A stretch of DNA of 64,000 nucleotides from Heptranchias perlo. Taxonomy: Eukaryota. Made by a program: the position numbers and the translations under genes. Every line of letters starts with the position of its first letter. Position 1 is the stretch's first letter. Shown one piece after another: positions 61,397 to 64,000 of this stretch. A model generated the notes under the pieces. It did not search any database. It was not told the DNA's origin and was given only the letters and a program-made list of their open reading frames with translations. The DNA lies in contig NC_090341.1 in NCBI RefSeq assembly GCF_035084215.1, positions 16,926,001-16,990,000 of the forward strand, written 5' to 3'.

Positions 61397-63421
61397 TGAC
61401 TGTAGGTGAGAAAACCAAACCAACAGATATGGTTTTAAGTCCAGATAGATGATTTCAAGGCACTTTCTCTTTGTTGGCAATATAGCATTAGAATTGAAAT
61501 GAGTTTGGACAGACTCAATGCTGTTACAAGTTGGCAGTCAACTCCACTGTAAAGTTCCTTGTCTTTGACACAAAACTCCATGGACTTTCATCATCCCTTG
61601 TTGAGAAACTTTAAAGATACAATGGCTGGAAATGGAAATTTTACATTGGCCATGCAGAAGTGGCATTATGAGGCTGGGGCTGAGGTTCAATGAAGGAACA
61701 CCATTTTTTTACATCAAACTCACCTATCCCTGAATGTGATTGATATTTCAGAACATAAAGTGGATAAAATATTTAATTCCTACTGCTGTTAGGGTTCCCT
61801 TATGCTGATAAATAAAAAAGCATTGCCAATACAGAACCTTTTCGATTTCACCAGAAAGGAACAGTATGGTAGATTATTAAAGTACCACACCACAAGTGGC
61901 TGTGGGAACCTTGCTTTGGGAAATCCTGGAGAGAGTAAATTACGCATATTCATGAACTTAATTCTCAAACATTTGAAAATAATAGAACCCTTCCCCCTCA
62001 GAAGTCTGCTCACACAGACAGAAAATATTTGACATTGAGTTTGGTCATATAGTCTCGATAGCTGGTCAGCTTGGTGACCGGTTTCATAGCATTTTTAAAA
62101 GAAAATAATGTTATTGATATCAGTTGAATTTTATATTGCTGCTTGCCAAATAATCATCGGGTACTTAACTCTTATTCAGAAAAGAACAAATGTACCAAAA
62201 GCACTTGAGAATGAATAATTCTGTGTTATTTTAAACTTTATAAGACAATTCTTCACATTAATCTAATGAACAGAAGGTACACAGAGATTGTCTTGAGTGG
62301 CATATTGAACAGCACACTTTACCATAAATTGTGTGAGTAAATTTCTACCATCTTTCAGACCACAGCATGGACACACACCATCAAATAGTGGCTCCACTAA
62401 TTGGAGGTGCAGAGCTTCAATAGAAGCAATTGCCACTATGCAACTCTGGATATACAAGTATCTGTTCTCATCTGGCTTCCTAGTAATGTCTTCCAGCAGC
62501 TGTTGTTCCGTGTCTCAGAATTTTCTCATCATTCATATGACAGACTTCAGCCTTCAGCAAGGTAGAAAGACCTACATAGGGCAGCTTGCATTGTGCCAGC
62601 CACCTTGATGTCCAACTCCAATGCCACAGACTAAGCTGATTCAATGCCATCTGCTTAATCTGCATCCTCGTGAGGGGCTTTGGCAAAGAGACTGGCCAAC
62701 ATGAGGCTGGCTTCTGTCCAGAATACTGTAGGCTAAAGCCTCCCTACCCTGCAGATGCTTTCCCTTTTTGCCGTATACTCACCTCATCGCATGATTCTGG
62801 ATCTTGCACATGGGCCAGAGTATGCCTTTCTGTTCCTTGCTGGGGAGTTCTGAACCCATGCAAGAGCATCTCTAAGCCACAAATTTAATCTTCATTGGGG
62901 CTTTGAGGAAAGATAAAGTCACCTTCACTTCTCTCAACAAAGTCCCGAATGACAGTGTGCAAGTTGAAGTCGGCATCCATCAAGTCCATCTCTTACGATA
63001 CCATCCAACATATCATTAATGAAGACATTGAATAGGAATGGTGGTGATAAACAACTAAGCTTCACTCCTCCTTAGCGGGGGGATTAGTGAGTCTCTGATC
63101 TGCTCTTACGTGGATATTGGCCCTGGAGTGTGTATACCGGATAAAATTCAAAGTTTAGCCACGTACTCTTATGCTTCTAGATTCTTCACAAGGGCTGCAT
63201 AAGGCACTAAAACAAAAGCATTTTGAAAATTGATCAAAGCATTGTAAGTGGATTTCTCCTGAGCATTACAACTCTCTGTGGTGAAGGAACAACCTGTCCA
63301 ATGCATTGCTCGCAAGATCAAATTCCAGCCTGTTCCTTTCTGATTGCCTCACAGGCATCCGGTATATCTGATATGAATCCTGTGACAACTCAAAGAACCA
63401 CCTTAAGGGCCACTAATATCA

Positions 63422-63785
63422 TAGGTGTCAGCTATGACTCAGTGGGTAGCACTTTTGTATCTGAGTCAGTAGGTTGTGGGTTCAAGTTCCGGGGTTCTGT
63501 CTTTCTGATGAGGCAATTAACCGAGGCCCTATCTGCCCCCTCAGGTGGACGTAATAGGCCCCAGGGCACTATTTGTAGAATATTTATCCCTCAACCAACA
63601 CCGTAAAACAGATTATCTGGTCATTATCACATTGCTGTTTGTGGGCACTTGCTGTGTGCAAATTGGCTGCTGCGTTTCCTGCATTACAACAGTGACTACA
63701 CTTCAAAAGTACATCATTGGCTTTCAAGCTCTTTGGGACATCCTGAGCTCGTGGAAGACGTTATATAAATGCAAGTCTTTTTACT
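63422..63785 (+). mobile_element. Deu-domain tRNA-SINE (SacSINE1/AmnSINE1-like) with L2-type tail
   Basis: A box TGACTCAGTGG and B box GGTTCAAGT. Deu block CAGATTATCTGGTCATTATCACATTGCTGTTTGTGGG. Tail TATATAAATGCAAGTCTTT. Confidence 0.88.
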
Positions 63786-63810
63786 TCTAATGTTCCTCTG
63801 TATTTTTCAG

Positions 63811-64000
63811 ATCACTAGAATGTCACTTCTTATTAGAAAGCGCAACTGCACTCTGAGATACAAAGGGCATACATGCCTCAAACAGAATCTTTCTGTAACC
63901 TCAGATGATTTAATGGTTGCTGGCACTGTTCCCCAAAACCATTGCCATTTCACCCACTCCCTTTTGGTATAGTAGTTTTTGGAAATTTGGCATGAATATC
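63811..64000 (+). other. Candidate downstream exon (possibly 5' UTR) running off the window
   Basis: Acceptor TTCCTCTGTATTTTTCAG at 63810; ATG in GGCATGA at the window end. Confidence 0.2.

Noticed and set aside
62540-63000. Possible ancient LINE relic (IQNHAMR-like remnant on the minus strand)
   Set aside because: A single short motif is insufficient support.
63990-64000. Assigning a gene from the terminal ATG AAT ATC
   Set aside because: Three codons cannot identify a gene.

Overview
Repeat-rich vertebrate DNA, most likely from a cartilaginous fish (inferred from the CR1, L2, Deu-SINE and Harbinger repertoire). No host gene could be identified with confidence. The window holds many CR1 LINE copies, one with both ORFs intact (8987-13005, minus strand). 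It also holds five copies of a second CR1-group LINE family, two nested Harbinger DNA transposons, an L2 fragment, several tRNA-SINEs, a solo LTR, MITEs, and a GC-rich minisatellite beside a probable promoter. Three observations stand out. (1) A 3.26 kb APE-RT retroposon (13275-16536) has a tRNA-type Pol III promoter (A and B boxes) at its 5' end instead of ORF1. It inserted as one unit, and by eye its sense strand has no TTTT Pol III terminator, so it is a candidate Pol III-driven autonomous LINE. (2) A correctly phased T-TTA-AAC -1 frameshift heptamer sits directly before the ORF1 stop in three divergent CR1 copies. (3) A U2 snRNA-headed, poly(A)-tailed retroposon has a 17 bp target-site duplication (SINEU-like). 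All calls are by eye; no searches were run.
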